Below, piece by piece: positions 23,135 through 35,412 of a stretch of DNA of 35,426 nt. Source of the stretch: Octopus bimaculoides (taxonomy: Eukaryota); assembly GCF_001194135.2 (NCBI RefSeq), contig NC_068992.1:56669732-56705157 (forward strand), in the 5' to 3' direction. Below the pieces are notes generated by a model. The model was not told the DNA's origin. It did no database searches and saw nothing but the letters and a program-made list of their open reading frames with translations. Position 1 is the stretch's first letter; the number at the start of each line of letters is the position of its first letter. The position numbers and the translations under genes are program-made.

Positions 23135-24490
23135 CCAAGCCACCTACTTCTTGTGAACTACGCAGGTCTAACCTTTACTTATGCACTTTATAGTTGATGC
23201 TGCGAAACTCTGTTACTTGTTTTATAGCACTTTTGTCTAAACTCTACAAATTACTACACTTGAAATTTACTATGTTGAAGCTGTTGAAGTTGTATTATGC
23301 TGAAGTTATTGAGTTGAAGCTAATTTTGATGCCTTCATTATTTGTACCAATTTTATGTATATTATCTTATTCTAGTATTGAATTTATTTTTTAATATTAC
23401 ACTGATTCTTCTGTAGTAATTGCGTTTTATAATTTTCCCTTTCATTTCTGTCTATTGTATCTAATCGATATCATTTACCGTATGTACTTCTTTTTTACGA
23501 AATATTCTGGTCTAATTCTCTGATTTTAGTGTCTGGATAAAATTTTATATTTTGAATGCTAGTTGATATTTCTTCAAATTCTACCATTGTTACACTTCTC
23601 TACACTCACACTCGTTTTATATCATTTCTTAAGAATATTTGGACCAAGACCTTAACTTATATTATCTCTTGCAAATTTTTTTGACCCCTCCATGTAAAGG
23701 AGACATTTTTAAACTTTCGCAACTACTATGGTTATCCATAGTTTCATTCAGCACAGAAGATAAGGGTTAAAGAAAATCCCATAGATATAAATTTTTATTA
23801 TACTTCTGACAGAATCGTTAAGGCCTCGGAATAAATATGTCGCTGTATTTCTTGAGAAAGTAGCAGCGGAGAAGGCGGATCAAGAATGTTGGGGTCCCCT
23901 GATCAATTCAAGTGGAAGTTTTAATTTTTAGATATCATTTAAATATCCTTTTGTATTTCATCATACTTTTTTATGTATTCATATGTAATAATTGGTTAAA
24001 TATATTTTAAATTTGTCCAGCTATATATTTATTGTATGGCGTTTTTCACTCCTCCCATCATCCTCACGTATCTTCTTTCTTCTACTTCTTCCCTCCTTTT
24101 TTTAATTTCCTCTGTTTAATGTCTTTGCATATTTCGGTGTCTCTTGAAACCCTCCAGGCTCATAAAGAAATACCTTATTTATATTATTTTTTTTTACTAT
24201 AGGATTAAATTTAATCAACTTTTCTTTTGCCTGCGCGGATATGGTGGTTTTTCATATTTGACATAACACAGCACATGTACTGTGTTTGTATTGGCACTGC
24301 ATTATTTACGTTGAGTAGTTCCAATACCCAAACGTGTTGTATGCTATGAAATGGTTTTTTCTCAAATCGATCCTTGACATGCTGAGTTTTTTTTCTATTT
24401 TCTTATTTTACTGTCTTCAATAACTGCCCTCTCCGCCAATATTTGCTCCTTGAAGCCCAGCATCTGGCTCCTACAATCTACAGAAGCTTA
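23135..24490 (-). mobile_element. Heavily decayed R4/Dong-like LINE reverse transcriptase fragment
   Basis: Minus-strand motifs occur in the expected order, with stops and frameshifts: GFKEQILAERAVIEDSKIRK..SMSRID (24460-24360), PLSSVLNET (about 23765), YMEGSKKFAR (degenerate YMDD at 23696-23685), VEKC, PDTKIRELD, MKGKIIKRNYYRRISVIL, NL*SLDKSAIKQ..RLDLRSSQEVGGL (about 23145). Confidence 0.75.
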
Positions 24491-25264
24491 TCATTTATAC
24501 AGAACTGAATTTAATTTAATCATACTACTTATACAAAATTTTCAATAGTTATTTCTTAAACCTATCAATGTAAATTATTGGATTGTCAATTGTATCTCTC
24601 TATTTTATCTTTATGTATATANNNNNNNNNNNNNNNNNNNNNNNNNNNNNNNNNNNNNNNNNNNNNNNNNNNNNNNNNNNNNNNNNNNNNNNNNNNNNNN
24701 NNNNNNNNNNNNNNNNNNNNNNNNNNNNNNNNNNNNNNNNNNNNNNNNNNNNNNNNNNNNNNNNNNNNNNNNNNNNNNNNNNNNNNNNNNNNNNNNNNNN
24801 NNNNNNNNNNNNNNNNNTATATATATATATATATTAAAAGTAGCTCTAGAAATGAAAACATCACGCACACATACTATATGTGTGTGTGCGAGTGATAATG
24901 GTTATATTACTAGAACTGTTTTCAATTCGTAACTAAATTTTCGTTCACATGTGATACGCCGCAGTACAACAGGAAATGGATTGGACTCTTATCGCATATA
25001 ATTCATAGACCAGCGGTTCACACTGTTTCGTGATAATTCGCGTACATGTCATTGATAAGCTACAAACATGTCAAAATGTCGATATGCACCCTTCTCGGCG
25101 TTTACGAGGCAATATGCCGCGTGTGGTCCGTAACATTTAGGTGTTCTTTAACACTGGAAATCGTTTGAGGAGCTTTCTCCGTGTGCTACCTCGTACCAAA
25201 ATTGGAGTATAACTAAGCACAAACAGTGTGTATGTACAACCATTCATATATCTAGCTATTTTAA

Positions 25265-25305
<41 letters not shown>

Positions 25306-25315
25306 GCATACATAC

Positions 25316-25474
25316 ACGACGCGTTTTCACAAAGGTTCTAATCTAATAAATTCACTCACAAGGCATTATTCGGTTCAGATGTAAAGCAAAAGATACTTTT
25401 CCATGGTTTTGCATAGTGGGTTTGTGCCCATAACCATCTGGTTGCAAAATGAACTTCTTAACTATATAACCACC
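25316..25474 (-). mobile_element. SINE family A, diverged copy
   Basis: AATAAATTCACTCACAAGGC..AACCATCTGGTTG..CTTCTTAACTAT aligns to 25-183. Confidence 0.75.
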
Positions 25475-25767
25475 AGTAAAAAACATATATTTGGATCTTT
25501 ACCACAAGTTTATTCACGCTTGAAAGACCTAATCTAACAAAGAAACGTCAACATGAATGGGATTTCAAATATGAACTCTGGGGACACTATACTACTATGC
25601 ACTTATTGAATATCTGCAATTCAATACTCTATGTAATAAATAGTATATTTTAAAATTATTTCTGAAGAAAAAACGTATTGCGCAATATCTTAAAAAATAA
25701 ATATATATGAAATGAAGTATAAATAAAAATAACGCAAACGGCTATATCAATAATAATTATGATAAAC

Positions 25768-25823
<56 letters not shown>

Positions 25824-25976
25824 AAGTAGAAGAAGAAGAAGAAGAAGAAGAAGAAGAAGAAGAAGAAGAAGAAGAAGAAGAAGAAGAAGAAGAAGAAGAC
25901 GAAGAAGAAGAAGAAGAAGAAGAAGACGAAGAAGAAGAAGAAGAAGAAGAAGAAGAAGAAGAAGAAGCAGAAGAAT
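25768..25976. repeat. Compound trinucleotide microsatellite (ATA)n-(GAA)n
   Basis: (ATA)n 25768-25819 then (GAA)n to 25976, with GAC interruptions at 25898 and 25925. Confidence 0.98.
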
Positions 25977-26156
25977 GATTTATTTTAGAAATTAATATAT
26001 TTGAAAAAATATGGTGAAAAATATAGTTATGAAAGCAAGCAATTAACATAAATTTATTTTGCAAATAAATATATCTCCTACTGCAAAATATATTAAAGCT
26101 ACAGACCTTTTAATATTATTTTATTTTGTATTACCCTTGATATAAATTTAAGAATG

Positions 26157-26222
<66 letters not shown>

Positions 26223-26393
26223 NNNNNNNNNNNNNNNNNNNNNNNNNNNNNNNNNNNNNNNNNNNNNNNNNNNNNNNNNNNNNNNNNNNNNNNNNNNNNN
26301 NNNNNNNNNNNNNNNNNNNNNNNNNNNNNNNNNNNNNNNNNNNNNNNNNNNNNNNNNNNNNNNNNNNNNNNNNNNNNNNNNNNNNNNNNNNNN

Positions 26394-26439
<46 letters not shown>

Positions 26440-27134
26440 TACTTGTTTAGTCTTCTTGTTCATGACATAACATGTTTTATCCAATTATTACAAATGCAAT
26501 TATTACAAACCATCTTTAAACACATTTATTTGAAATTCTTATTAAATTTCTGCAGAATTACCTTCCAACTGATCGTGACTGTTGCTTTAGTTGAAACTAA
26601 AAATGTTTGTCTTATTAAATGAGAAAACCAAAAACCATCGTTTCTGTTCACAATTATAATTTATTAAATGTTTTTAAAAATATTTTAAAACCAGACTTAA
26701 ATTAATAATGTGGATATTATTGTAAATAATAAAACATTATTGGTAGCAGACGATATTCTGAAGTAGCCTTCGTAATCAGAATGTTTGTCAATCTAAATGT
26801 TTTTATCTGAGGCTTCGTCTGTAGCGAAATGAATTATTGATGTATAATTCACATTCTATTACCCAATACATTGAAGATACGTTGCATTACTGAGTAGAAG
26901 GAAGGTACTTTCTATCACCGATATTCTACGTTCAATTCTTGTCCGTGCTTTTTCCTTTTTATATCTAGGAACATCTAGATAGAGATCTGTGAAATGATGA
27001 ACATGCGTCTTTACCTATAGCTTAGGATTAATACCTTTTGTAAGTAAAATTGGATTGGCAGAAAACGTGTGTAAGTCCGTCGAATGAATTGTACTTGCAA
27101 TTAAAATGTACCATTTGCATCTGATCAGATCTGC

Positions 27135-27520
27135 ATTAATTGAGGAGGTGGAGTCACAACAGAGTTGATCTACATGCGCTTTCTTCGGATGACCTGCTCG
27201 CCTTTGGTTACTTTTTGACATCCATAGCAGTAGGTCACTTGCCAACTCTTGTTTAACTCGCCAGTGATGTAATGCAAGACGCAGACACCTTTCCCCTGCA
27301 ATGATGGAAACAGGAGATCTCAATGCAATTGATTCTTGGTGGGATGAGTCCTCCAAGATATGTTTAAATCTGCTGTTAACATTCGGGTGTATGTTCCATT
27401 AAACTTGGATTCCAGGTTTTGGTAAGCATCCATGCTGTTGTTTCATATAAAAGGACTGGATCTACTGCTGTACGGAAACACCCCAGAAAGCTACAACTTT
27501 GTCGTGTTGCATCAAACTGA
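27135..27520 (-). mobile_element. RTE-clade LINE RT C-terminal fragment (pseudogenised)
   Basis: Minus strand across frameshifts reads FRTAVDPVLLYETTAWMLTKT / GTYTRMLTADLNISWRTHPTKNQL / RCLRLALHHWRVKQELASDLLLW..RRAGHPKKAHVDQL. This fits the RTE pattern VLLYGxExW..RLRxAGHxxR..GRP. Confidence 0.85.
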
Positions 27521-27580
27521 TTATACCTCAGGATTATGCTCAGGGTATACGTGTCTGGTAATTCGCTCGATCGTTATATT

Positions 27581-27790
27581 TATCTCTTACTTGTTTCAGT
27601 CATTTGACTGCGGTTAATTTGAGGCACAGCCTTGAATAGTTTAGTGGAGCAAATGTTCCCCAATGCTTATTTTCATTTGTAGTCTGATACGTCATCCAGC
27701 GGGCGCATTTGCCGAACCGCTGGAGTACGGAGACGCAAACAAACCAACTCTGGTTATGAAACTGATGTGGGATGTGAAGAAAGACAAACA
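27581..27790 (-). mobile_element. Interspersed repeat family B, diverged copy
   Basis: TCTTACTTGTTTCAGTCATTTGACTGCGG..TTTGCCGAACCGCT..ACGGAGACGCAAACAAACCAAC. Confidence 0.75.
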
Positions 27791-27804
27791 TATATGAGAT
27801 TGGA

Positions 27805-27950
27805 TTTCACGGAGGTTCTGTCTAATAAACTCACTCACAAGGCAATGAACGATCCGCGACAATAGTAGACACTTATCGAAGCTGTCGCGCAGTCTTGACT
27901 GTACTTGATTATCCCATAGTCGTAAAACCAGCTCACCAACCACACAGCTA
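27805..27950 (-). mobile_element. SINE family A, diverged copy
   Basis: AATAAACTCACTCACAAGGC..AATAGTAGACACTT..GTCGCGCAGT..AACCACACAGC aligns to family A. Confidence 0.7.
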
Positions 27951-28408
27951 AACTATATATATATATAATAAGGGTAAATATTCAAATGCGAATATTTACG
28001 TAGATATTATGATTGTTATTATTATCTGCGGTAAATATAAGTAGTTGATAATAACAACAATAATATAAGTGGTTGCAAGCGTTAAATAATGTTATATAGG
28101 TGTAGAATTAAAATCTATATTTATCATAAGGGCACACGATGCTAGAAAGTTTGGTTAGAACCCTAAGAAGCTGTTCTTATTTTGGCGCAAAACAATTCAC
28201 AACGCCGGCAGGCTTCATCATGAAGAGTTGATTTCTTTCACTTGGTAAAACTTGCTGAGGAATGTTAAGGATTTTTCGCCAGGACTCTAAATCATGATAC
28301 AAGTATATAACATTTTGCTATGTTGGTATGTTTAAATTCTTTACCTGTTCGCCCGACTACCTCTATTTTCTGTTGAAATTTTTAGTGTTATTGGTGATAA
28401 AGCTAAAT

Positions 28409-28444
<36 letters not shown>

Positions 28445-28560
28445 CGAACGCTGAGCTGGGAAATTTAAAAAAGGAAACGAAACTGCAATTGGATTTGATA
28501 CTAGAAAGCAAGGAATACTACCAGATGCTGTCCGGTGCTCTACCGATTCTGACATAAGCC
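28445..28560 (-). mobile_element. SINE family E, highly diverged 5' part
   Basis: GTCCGGTGCTCTACCGATTCTG resembles the reverse complement of the family E head. Confidence 0.35.
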
Positions 28561-28574
28561 ACTTTGAAAAATTT

Positions 28575-28790
28575 ATCTTTTATATTTTACTTGTTTCAGT
28601 CACTAAACTGCAACCATGATGCGGTACTGTTTTGAAGAGTTTTGTCGAACAAATCGCCCCACCCCTGTATTTACCTCTTTATTAAGTCTGACAGTTATTC
28701 TATCGATTACATTTACCGAAACGCTAAGTTACGTGGACGTAAATAAAACAATACCGGTTTTCAAACAGTGGACAAACACAACAACACACA
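28575..28790 (-). mobile_element. Interspersed repeat family B copy
   Basis: TTTTACTTGTTTCAGTCACTAAACTGCAACCATG..TTATTCTATCGAT..GCTAAGTTACGTGGACGTAAAT..GACAAACACA. Confidence 0.8.
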
Positions 28791-28820
28791 CATACATGCA
28801 TATATATATGTATATATATG

Positions 28821-28966
28821 TTCCGTCTACCAAGTTCACTCATAAGGATTTGGTCGGCCCAGGGCAATGGCAAAAGACACTTGCCCATGGTGCTCCGCAA
28901 GGGAGTGAACTCAAAACCAGAAGGCTGGAAAGCAATTCTTCTTTACCACGCATCACGCTTGCGCCT
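28821..28966 (-). mobile_element. SINE family A copy
   Basis: TTCCGTCTACCAAGTTCACTCATAAGGATTTGGTCGGCCC..AAGACACTTGCCC..TTACCACGCATCACGCTTGCGCCT. Confidence 0.85.
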
Positions 28967-29088
28967 ATGATATATAAATTTGCGCGTTGGCACCAAAAGA
29001 ATTTTTACAATTTAATGTAATAAACGTACCGTCACTTTGATTGTTAGATATTCTAACCACACACACATATACATACATGCATACATAC

Positions 29089-29150
<62 letters not shown>

Positions 29151-30309
29151 CAAAACGTAGAACTAACACCACTCAACCCCCGACCCGAAATAATTAATTT
29201 GATTTACAATTCTATTTATTCTTCAAATAAACTCGTATCGTAATTATATCAACGATTAAGCTATATTTCAAATCTACAATTCTATATTTCTTCAACAATG
29301 CGAGCAATTAGGATAATATAAAAAAATATTACCTATCATTCAAATCCTGCATAATTATATATTTATATAGTCTATAATATCACTTATCAATAGTTAAGCG
29401 GAGATAGGAAACTTCGTTAAATGTATATATATAATCAGATTTACTTTATTTCGTGCTGAATCTTATCAAATAATACATTAAAGAATAAAAGGTCTCAACT
29501 CCGTATTATTATACAGATACGACTGTCAGATGTTTAAACAATTGATAAAGTCAAATAATACTTGAGTAGTGTTGTTATTTCCATACATAAGCTTGCAGCT
29601 AGTAAAAGTTTATTGCAGAATTGTTAAAGTACTATTTAATATAAGTAAATGTTAAAAGTAACATCGGTTACAAAGTTTGTTAGCGATTTCTCTCCTCCGA
29701 GTTCAAGTCTCTTCCAACTCGGCTATACATTTCATATTTTCTGAGCAGATAATTTGTATCATGTTGTCAGGTAAATTTGTTGTTTTGTTTTTCCTTTTCG
29801 TTTCAATTTATTTCCAGCCTTTCAATTTTTTTTTTTTAATTAGCACAAACAATATTTTCAACGTCGTTTTTCGGATTTTTGTAGCTCTATTATTCTTATA
29901 CAAATTTTGCTTATCGTTTGTTTTTAAATTTGGATAAATTTTTATTCTTTTCAGACTTAGGACGATGGAGTGCTAAGTAGAAAAATAATTTATCTGACAA
30001 CCAATCATATTACTTATCTAGGCGCTGGATTGGCCGAGATGGTTTGCTGTATATGTTTCAGTCCTTTCAGCTTTCTACGGCCAAATTTTGCCTATGACCG
30101 CTACATCATATTGACCTCATTTATAACATTGCTCCTGAAACATTGAGAGTAGACACAAAAACGGCAGAGATATCGTTCATGATCTCAACATAAATACGTC
30201 ATGATGATTGTAAGGGCTTTCAAGACCAAGCGTTATGGAGGTAGAAAGCACGACGTTTTCTCCATAATAATTCGAAAGCTGAAATATCTTCGACAATGAT
30301 GTAATACTG

Positions 30310-31358
30310 TTAATGCATCTTCTTCAGATCTAAAGTCTTTTTTTTTTGCAAAAAGTTGTCTAATGCCTGCAAAACGCGAGAGTCAATTGGTGCAGAGTCT
30401 GGTGAATATGGTGGATGAGTGAATACTTCCAAATTCAATTCCTGTAACTTGAGTAGCGTTCTTTGTACAACATGTGGTGGAGCATTGTCTTGCAAAATAA
30501 TTGGCCTGTCTCTATCGACCAATCTTGGTTGTTGTTTTATTGCAAGTTCACTCGTCATTTTATCCGATTGGTTGATATATACATCCACTGTAATTGACTT
30601 GCCAGGTTTCATGAAACTGTAGTGGATGACACCAGTGCTGGACCACCATACAAACACCATTAGCTTTACTTTTGGTGAATATTCTTTTTTGGTTTGTGTT
30701 TTAGCACTTCCTCTCTACCCAGCTACCGTACTTCTACTGTTGAAAAGAATCCATGTTTCATCACATCGAAAAATACAATGCAAAAATAGCTCGCTTTTAT
30801 GCCGTGACAGAAAAGAACAGCATGTTTCGAGACGACGTATCATTTGATGCTGGTTCAGTTCGTGTGGTACCCACTTGTCCAGTTTCGTTACTTTACCGAT
30901 TTGTTTCAGATAGAATCCAACCTTGCACTAACTCATGAGTAGTTTGAGATGTATCCACTTCCACTGTAGTTTCCCGCTCATCATTATCCACCAGCGCATC
31001 ATTATCCACGTGGCTGATTTTCCAGAGTAAAGTCACCAGAAAAATTTTCTCCAACCACCGACGTACAGTGCGCTCATTCACCACATCTTTACTAAACACC
31101 TCATTGATGTTTTATTGGTTTCACAACGAAACTCATATTCATAAACAGCACACATTTTTGATCTATCCATGGGTTCACAAGAATTGATTTATAAGAGCAA
31201 ACTCACAATATAATCAGACACCAGGAATTGCATTTCAAAATGTGATGATATAACTCTTCAATGTTGTAAAACAAACAATTGTCAGTATAACACGTTAGAG
31301 TTAACGGCTGTCAAACTTGGTGCATAAGAAAATCGCACATTTCATTAATGACTTGATA
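30310..31358 (-). mobile_element. Mariner (Tc1/mariner, D,D34D type) DNA transposon relic with frameshifted transposase pseudogene; 3' end missing
   Basis: Minus-strand ATG at 31170 (MDRSKM..YEYEF). Across frames: FSKDVVNERTVRRW (HTH), CDETWIL (first D), MVFVWWSSTGVIHYSFMKPGKSIT, ILQDNAPPH (second D), HPPYSPDSAPID (YSPDLAP motif, third D). Left TIR-like TA-TCAAGTCATTAATGAAATGTGCGATTTT starts near 31356. Homology stops near 30310 with no right TIR. Confidence 0.95.
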
Positions 31359-31696
31359 ATAATTGTGAAAATATCGTAGAAGTATCATAATAATACAAGT
31401 GAAGGAAACCTCGATATAGCTAGAGCAGTGGGTTAGCAGAATGACGCAATTATAAACCATTCTGAATGCTTTATAAAAATTTAAGATTTGCTGCATGGGC
31501 CGAACTGAATGCAGAAGAGGTATTTCATTTATCATGTTGAGATTGCATGGGAATGACATTAGCGGTTAAAATCGATAACACGGTCGAAAAGCACGTGGTA
31601 GTTTTGAGTTTCGTATCTCGTGGGAGATCTTGTTTTTTTCTCTCTTATTTTTTCTTGTTCTACTCAAGATTGACAGAATAGCGTTAGTAAATGATG

Positions 31697-31699
<3 letters not shown>

Positions 31700-31787
<88 letters not shown>
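31700..31787. repeat. (CA)n microsatellite
   Basis: Direct sequence. Confidence 0.97.
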
Positions 31788-31788
<1 letters not shown>

Positions 31789-32470
31789 AGAAACAAAAAT
31801 ATATGCGCCAGCATGCATACACATACATTATACATACAAATACAAATGTAACGATGTATATTTTCTGCATACACAACTTTTTCTATGTAAAAATGTCGCG
31901 GAGATGTTTGAAATCTTTTGGAAAATCTCTCTCTTTCTGTGAGAGAAGCGTGAATTATTTTTTCGTGTTTTTATTTATCCTTTTCCTATAACATGACAAA
32001 AGAAAAAATAATAACCTTTAGGAATATTTGTAATGCGTTAAAGTTCTAAGACAAACTACTTTCTACGTTATGCAGTAGGAAGAAAACTTCCACAAGAATT
32101 TGAATAAGATATCTCATGAAAATAGTTTGACGAAATTCTATTGGTGTTGCCTGATAGAAGGGCACCTCAGGTTAGTCGTTTGATAACATCTCAATTTCGC
32201 TTTTGATTGTGTTGTATAATGTTTGACAACAACATTCAGTATAGAGAAATATCCATGACATCAAAAAGATTAATATTTATGCAAGGAAAACGAATGTTAT
32301 TTTAGTTAGCTGAAACACTTTGATTTCTGAAAGAGAAAAGCAAGAATCAAGGAATATAAATTTAAAGAAAAATGACGGAAATTTCAAATCAATGTACATT
32401 CAAAACAAACTTTCGATTAATTTAACTTCAATAGAATTATCTCTAGGGTTTTTGATTTCAGGATATATAA

Positions 32471-32472
<2 letters not shown>

Positions 32473-32549
<77 letters not shown>
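32473..32549. repeat. (TA)n microsatellite
   Basis: Direct sequence. Confidence 0.97.
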
Positions 32550-32553
<4 letters not shown>

Positions 32554-33734
32554 TATATAAAACAATACTAAAACCTATATATTCTCTTTGATATCAGCAA
32601 ACAATATTCAAAAAGAATCATAATATTAAACGAATGATTTTCCTATTATTTAATACCTACAGGGAATGATGTTTTGTTTACCTTTATGATATAGCCTCGT
32701 GACAAAATAGAAATTAATAACTGCATAAATCTTAGAAGCAGTTGTAGGCGTAATTTTTCCCCCGCATTGTTTGCTTCCATTGAAGTTCCTTCTAGCAAAC
32801 AGTCACACTTTATTAGAGAATTACGGTCTAACGCTCTTATTCAAGAACGTGCGCAGCTGACACGTGTATAACTAAAATAGACTCTCCTACTTTCTTTAAT
32901 GCGTAACTTCACCCGATGGTTATCTAGGCTTCTTCATGGGCAGCTACTGCAGTTAAAGGCAACATATCTAAAAATATCTTGCCACTTTGAAAATAAGAAA
33001 TTAAATGCATAGCATACTTTCTGAATGGCTTAGTTCACTCTCGTTTAAACATAATCTAAATTTTATTGGGTGCAGCAGGAGCATCTCACGAGCCAGTGGG
33101 TGAGTTATATGATAGATATATTTGCTAAAATATCAGCAAAATCTTTCTGTCATGTCTGAAAAAAAGAGAGGGTATAGTCAGTTACGCTATAGGAAGAAAA
33201 TACAGGACTGTCAAGTCTAAAATGCTTTTGGTCATAGCCATGCTCAATCAGAGTCAGCCTATTATGAATCAACCACAGTAGCATGTGATGTTTAAAAAAC
33301 TATACTAAGTGTCTTCACACAACAGAGGCAATTTTGAAGGAAAAAAAAAACAGTTTCTCGCTGCACTGTATCCAAACATTCCATCCCTTGGGTAATGCAG
33401 ATGTTTCTAGCGGGTAACGATTGAAACAGTTTCTCAGCCACAATAAGTCACCAATATGTAAAGTGACCTCCATTGCCCAAACATAAAGTAATTCTATGAC
33501 TCTAAAACTGTCTCGCATATTGTCTAAAGTCTGTCAACGCTGACTGTAGATATATACACACGTGTGTGTATATGTATTGTATTCATATATGAAACCTGCA
33601 TTTTGTTAATACAGCAAAGCTCACCCTCTCAAACCGATTTTCCTTTCCGAAGGGAAATGAAGGGATGATAATGCTTGGCATGTTCATTCATGAATATCGT
33701 AAGCAACAAAGCGTTTTGTATAACGCGCTAACAA

Positions 33735-33858
33735 TTCAATCGATCTAATACACTGGGAAGCAAAATACAAAGTGACCTCCGTGGGAATCGATTTGAGAAC
33801 AAAATGAACCGAAACACGAATGCCGTTAAATGTTCTATCGGACGTTCTAGTGAGTCTA
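33735..33858 (-). mobile_element. SINE family E, highly diverged copy
   Basis: ATCGATCTAAT..AAAGTGACCTCCGTGGGAATCGATTTGAGAAC..CGAATGCCGTTAAATG resembles the reverse complement of family E. Confidence 0.45.
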
Positions 33859-34354
33859 GATATCTATTACTTACTGGAGAACATTAAAGCCACTCTTTAT
33901 CGTACAATATTAGAAATTAGATATATGCGTTCGATTCAGTCAAAGCAATCTTTTTGTATTTGGTTTGACGTTTGTTTTATGCAGATCTGAAGTAAACATA
34001 GCGTTTGGATTCGTAAAACACATCTTTACTGTTCAATAATCGAATTATCGATGTCAACTGCTGTTATCGGTATTGAAATGAAGAATGAAAAAAAATCCGC
34101 ATTCGAAGTGCAAGTAGCAAGTAAATATGGATGCAAAGATACGCATGCGCAATGTTTAAGGCGTGTATTTACTGTGACGGTAAATAAACATTTGAACGTG
34201 AAATCGAATATTGGTAGAAATGCTTTCTGTGAAGATGTATGTTTATGAGAGATTTAGGTTATATTAGCCATGTGGAGATATTGTGCTCATAAAAATGTCA
34301 CATCCTTTTCACATTCCAGCGGCTTCTAAACACACGCACATTTGTGTGTGCCCG

Positions 34355-34475
34355 TATGTATGTATGTATGTATGTATGTATGTATGTATGTATGTATGTA
34401 TGTATGTATGTGTGTGTGTGTGTTTGCGTGTGTGTGTGTGTGTATGCATGCATGTATGTATGCATGTATGTATGT
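34355..34475. repeat. (TATG)n(TG)n microsatellite at LINE 3' end
   Basis: Direct sequence. Confidence 0.95.
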
Positions 34476-34477
34476 CA

Positions 34478-35082
34478 CTGTTCAGTTTTATTTCAAGATT
34501 TCTTGCCAAATGCAAAGAGCCGGTCTCTAACCTAGTACCAAGACTCTTTCATTGGATTTGCAACATCAACAAGGGAATTTATGTTTGTTTGTATATATAA
34601 GTGTAGATTTGTATGTTTTGCTTTATGTATGTATTCCCATGCATATAGTTACATATCTAGACATGCTCATATATATTTAAAGGATAAACTTCTGGAAAGT
34701 TTTACAGATTTTTACAGTTCCAGTGATAGAATGGATATGTAGCCTTCGAATTAGCTTTCTCCTTTCTGATTTCGAGAAACCTAATTTCTCAAGATTAGTA
34801 TGTAGGCAGTGTGTTATATATGCCAGAGTTCCAATAATTACACGTATAAAGCGAAACTTGTAATCTGGATAGAGTAACTGCAAATTTCTCAATAGTTCAG
34901 CGTAGATATTCTCTTTTTCACTGATCTTCAGCTTTATGTTAACATCGACTGGGCAGCAAATTTCCACAACTGTACACAGTTTCTCTTCTCAATCCGAAAT
35001 CATTACATCAGGTCTGTTGTGCTGACATTTTATTATCGTCTTCATTGGGACATTCCAAACATTCCAACAGTACTCCTTTTTC
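34478..35082 (-). mobile_element. R4/Dong/NeSL-like non-LTR retrotransposon 3' end (restriction-like endonuclease domain plus 3' UTR), 5'-truncated
   Basis: Minus strand reads EY.WNVPMKTIIKCQHNRPDVMI, then VEICCPVDVNIKLKISEKENIYAELLRNLQLLYPDYKFRFIRVIIGTLAYI..LEKLG. This fits the RPD..E..K..Y REL signature. Stop at 34677, then about 200 bp of UTR ending GAAATAAAACTGAA beside a microsatellite. Confidence 0.9.
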
Positions 35083-35257
35083 ATGTATGTATGTATGTAT
35101 GTATGTATGTATGTATGTATGTATGTATGTATGTATGTATGTATGTATGTATGCATGCATGCATGTATCTTTCTTTCTCTCTCTCTTTCTTTCTCACTCT
35201 CTTTCTTTCTCACTCTCCATCTTTTTCACTCTCGCTCTCTCTCACTCTCTCTCTCTA
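35083..35257. repeat. (TGTA)n microsatellite followed by CT-rich tract
   Basis: Direct sequence. Confidence 0.95.
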
Positions 35258-35259
35258 TC

Positions 35260-35412
35260 AGGCGTAGCTATGTAGTAACAAACTTAGTTCTCAACCACAT
35301 GGTTCTGAGTTCAGTACCACTGCGTGGCACTTTGGGCAGGTGTCTTGTAAATGGATTTAGTACACGGATACTTGTAAATGGATTTAGTACACGGATACTG
35401 AAAAAACCTGTC
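35260..35412 (+). mobile_element. SINE family A copy with internal deletion and 27-bp tandem duplication
   Basis: AGGCGTAGCTATGTAGTAAC..CAACCACATGGTTCTGAGTTCAGTACCACTGCGTGGCACTTTGGGCAGGTGTCTT, then CTTGTAAATGGATTTAGTACACGGATA twice. Confidence 0.85.

Noticed and set aside
25747-26064. Poly-Ser/poly-Tyr and poly-Ile/poly-Arg ORFs
   Set aside because: Direct readout of the (ATA)n(GAA)n microsatellite.
29956-30195. Protein-like frame with two in-frame stops after a strong acceptor (similar cases at 2131-2370, 8938-9117, 12487-12650)
   Set aside because: Stretches of this length with one or two stops are expected many times by chance across six frames of 35 kb, and no family is recognised, so I do not call pseudogenes.
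33315-33518. 67-aa minus-strand ORF (LHIGDLLWLRNCFNRYP...)
   Set aside because: Short, no recognisable motif and no convincing donor site.
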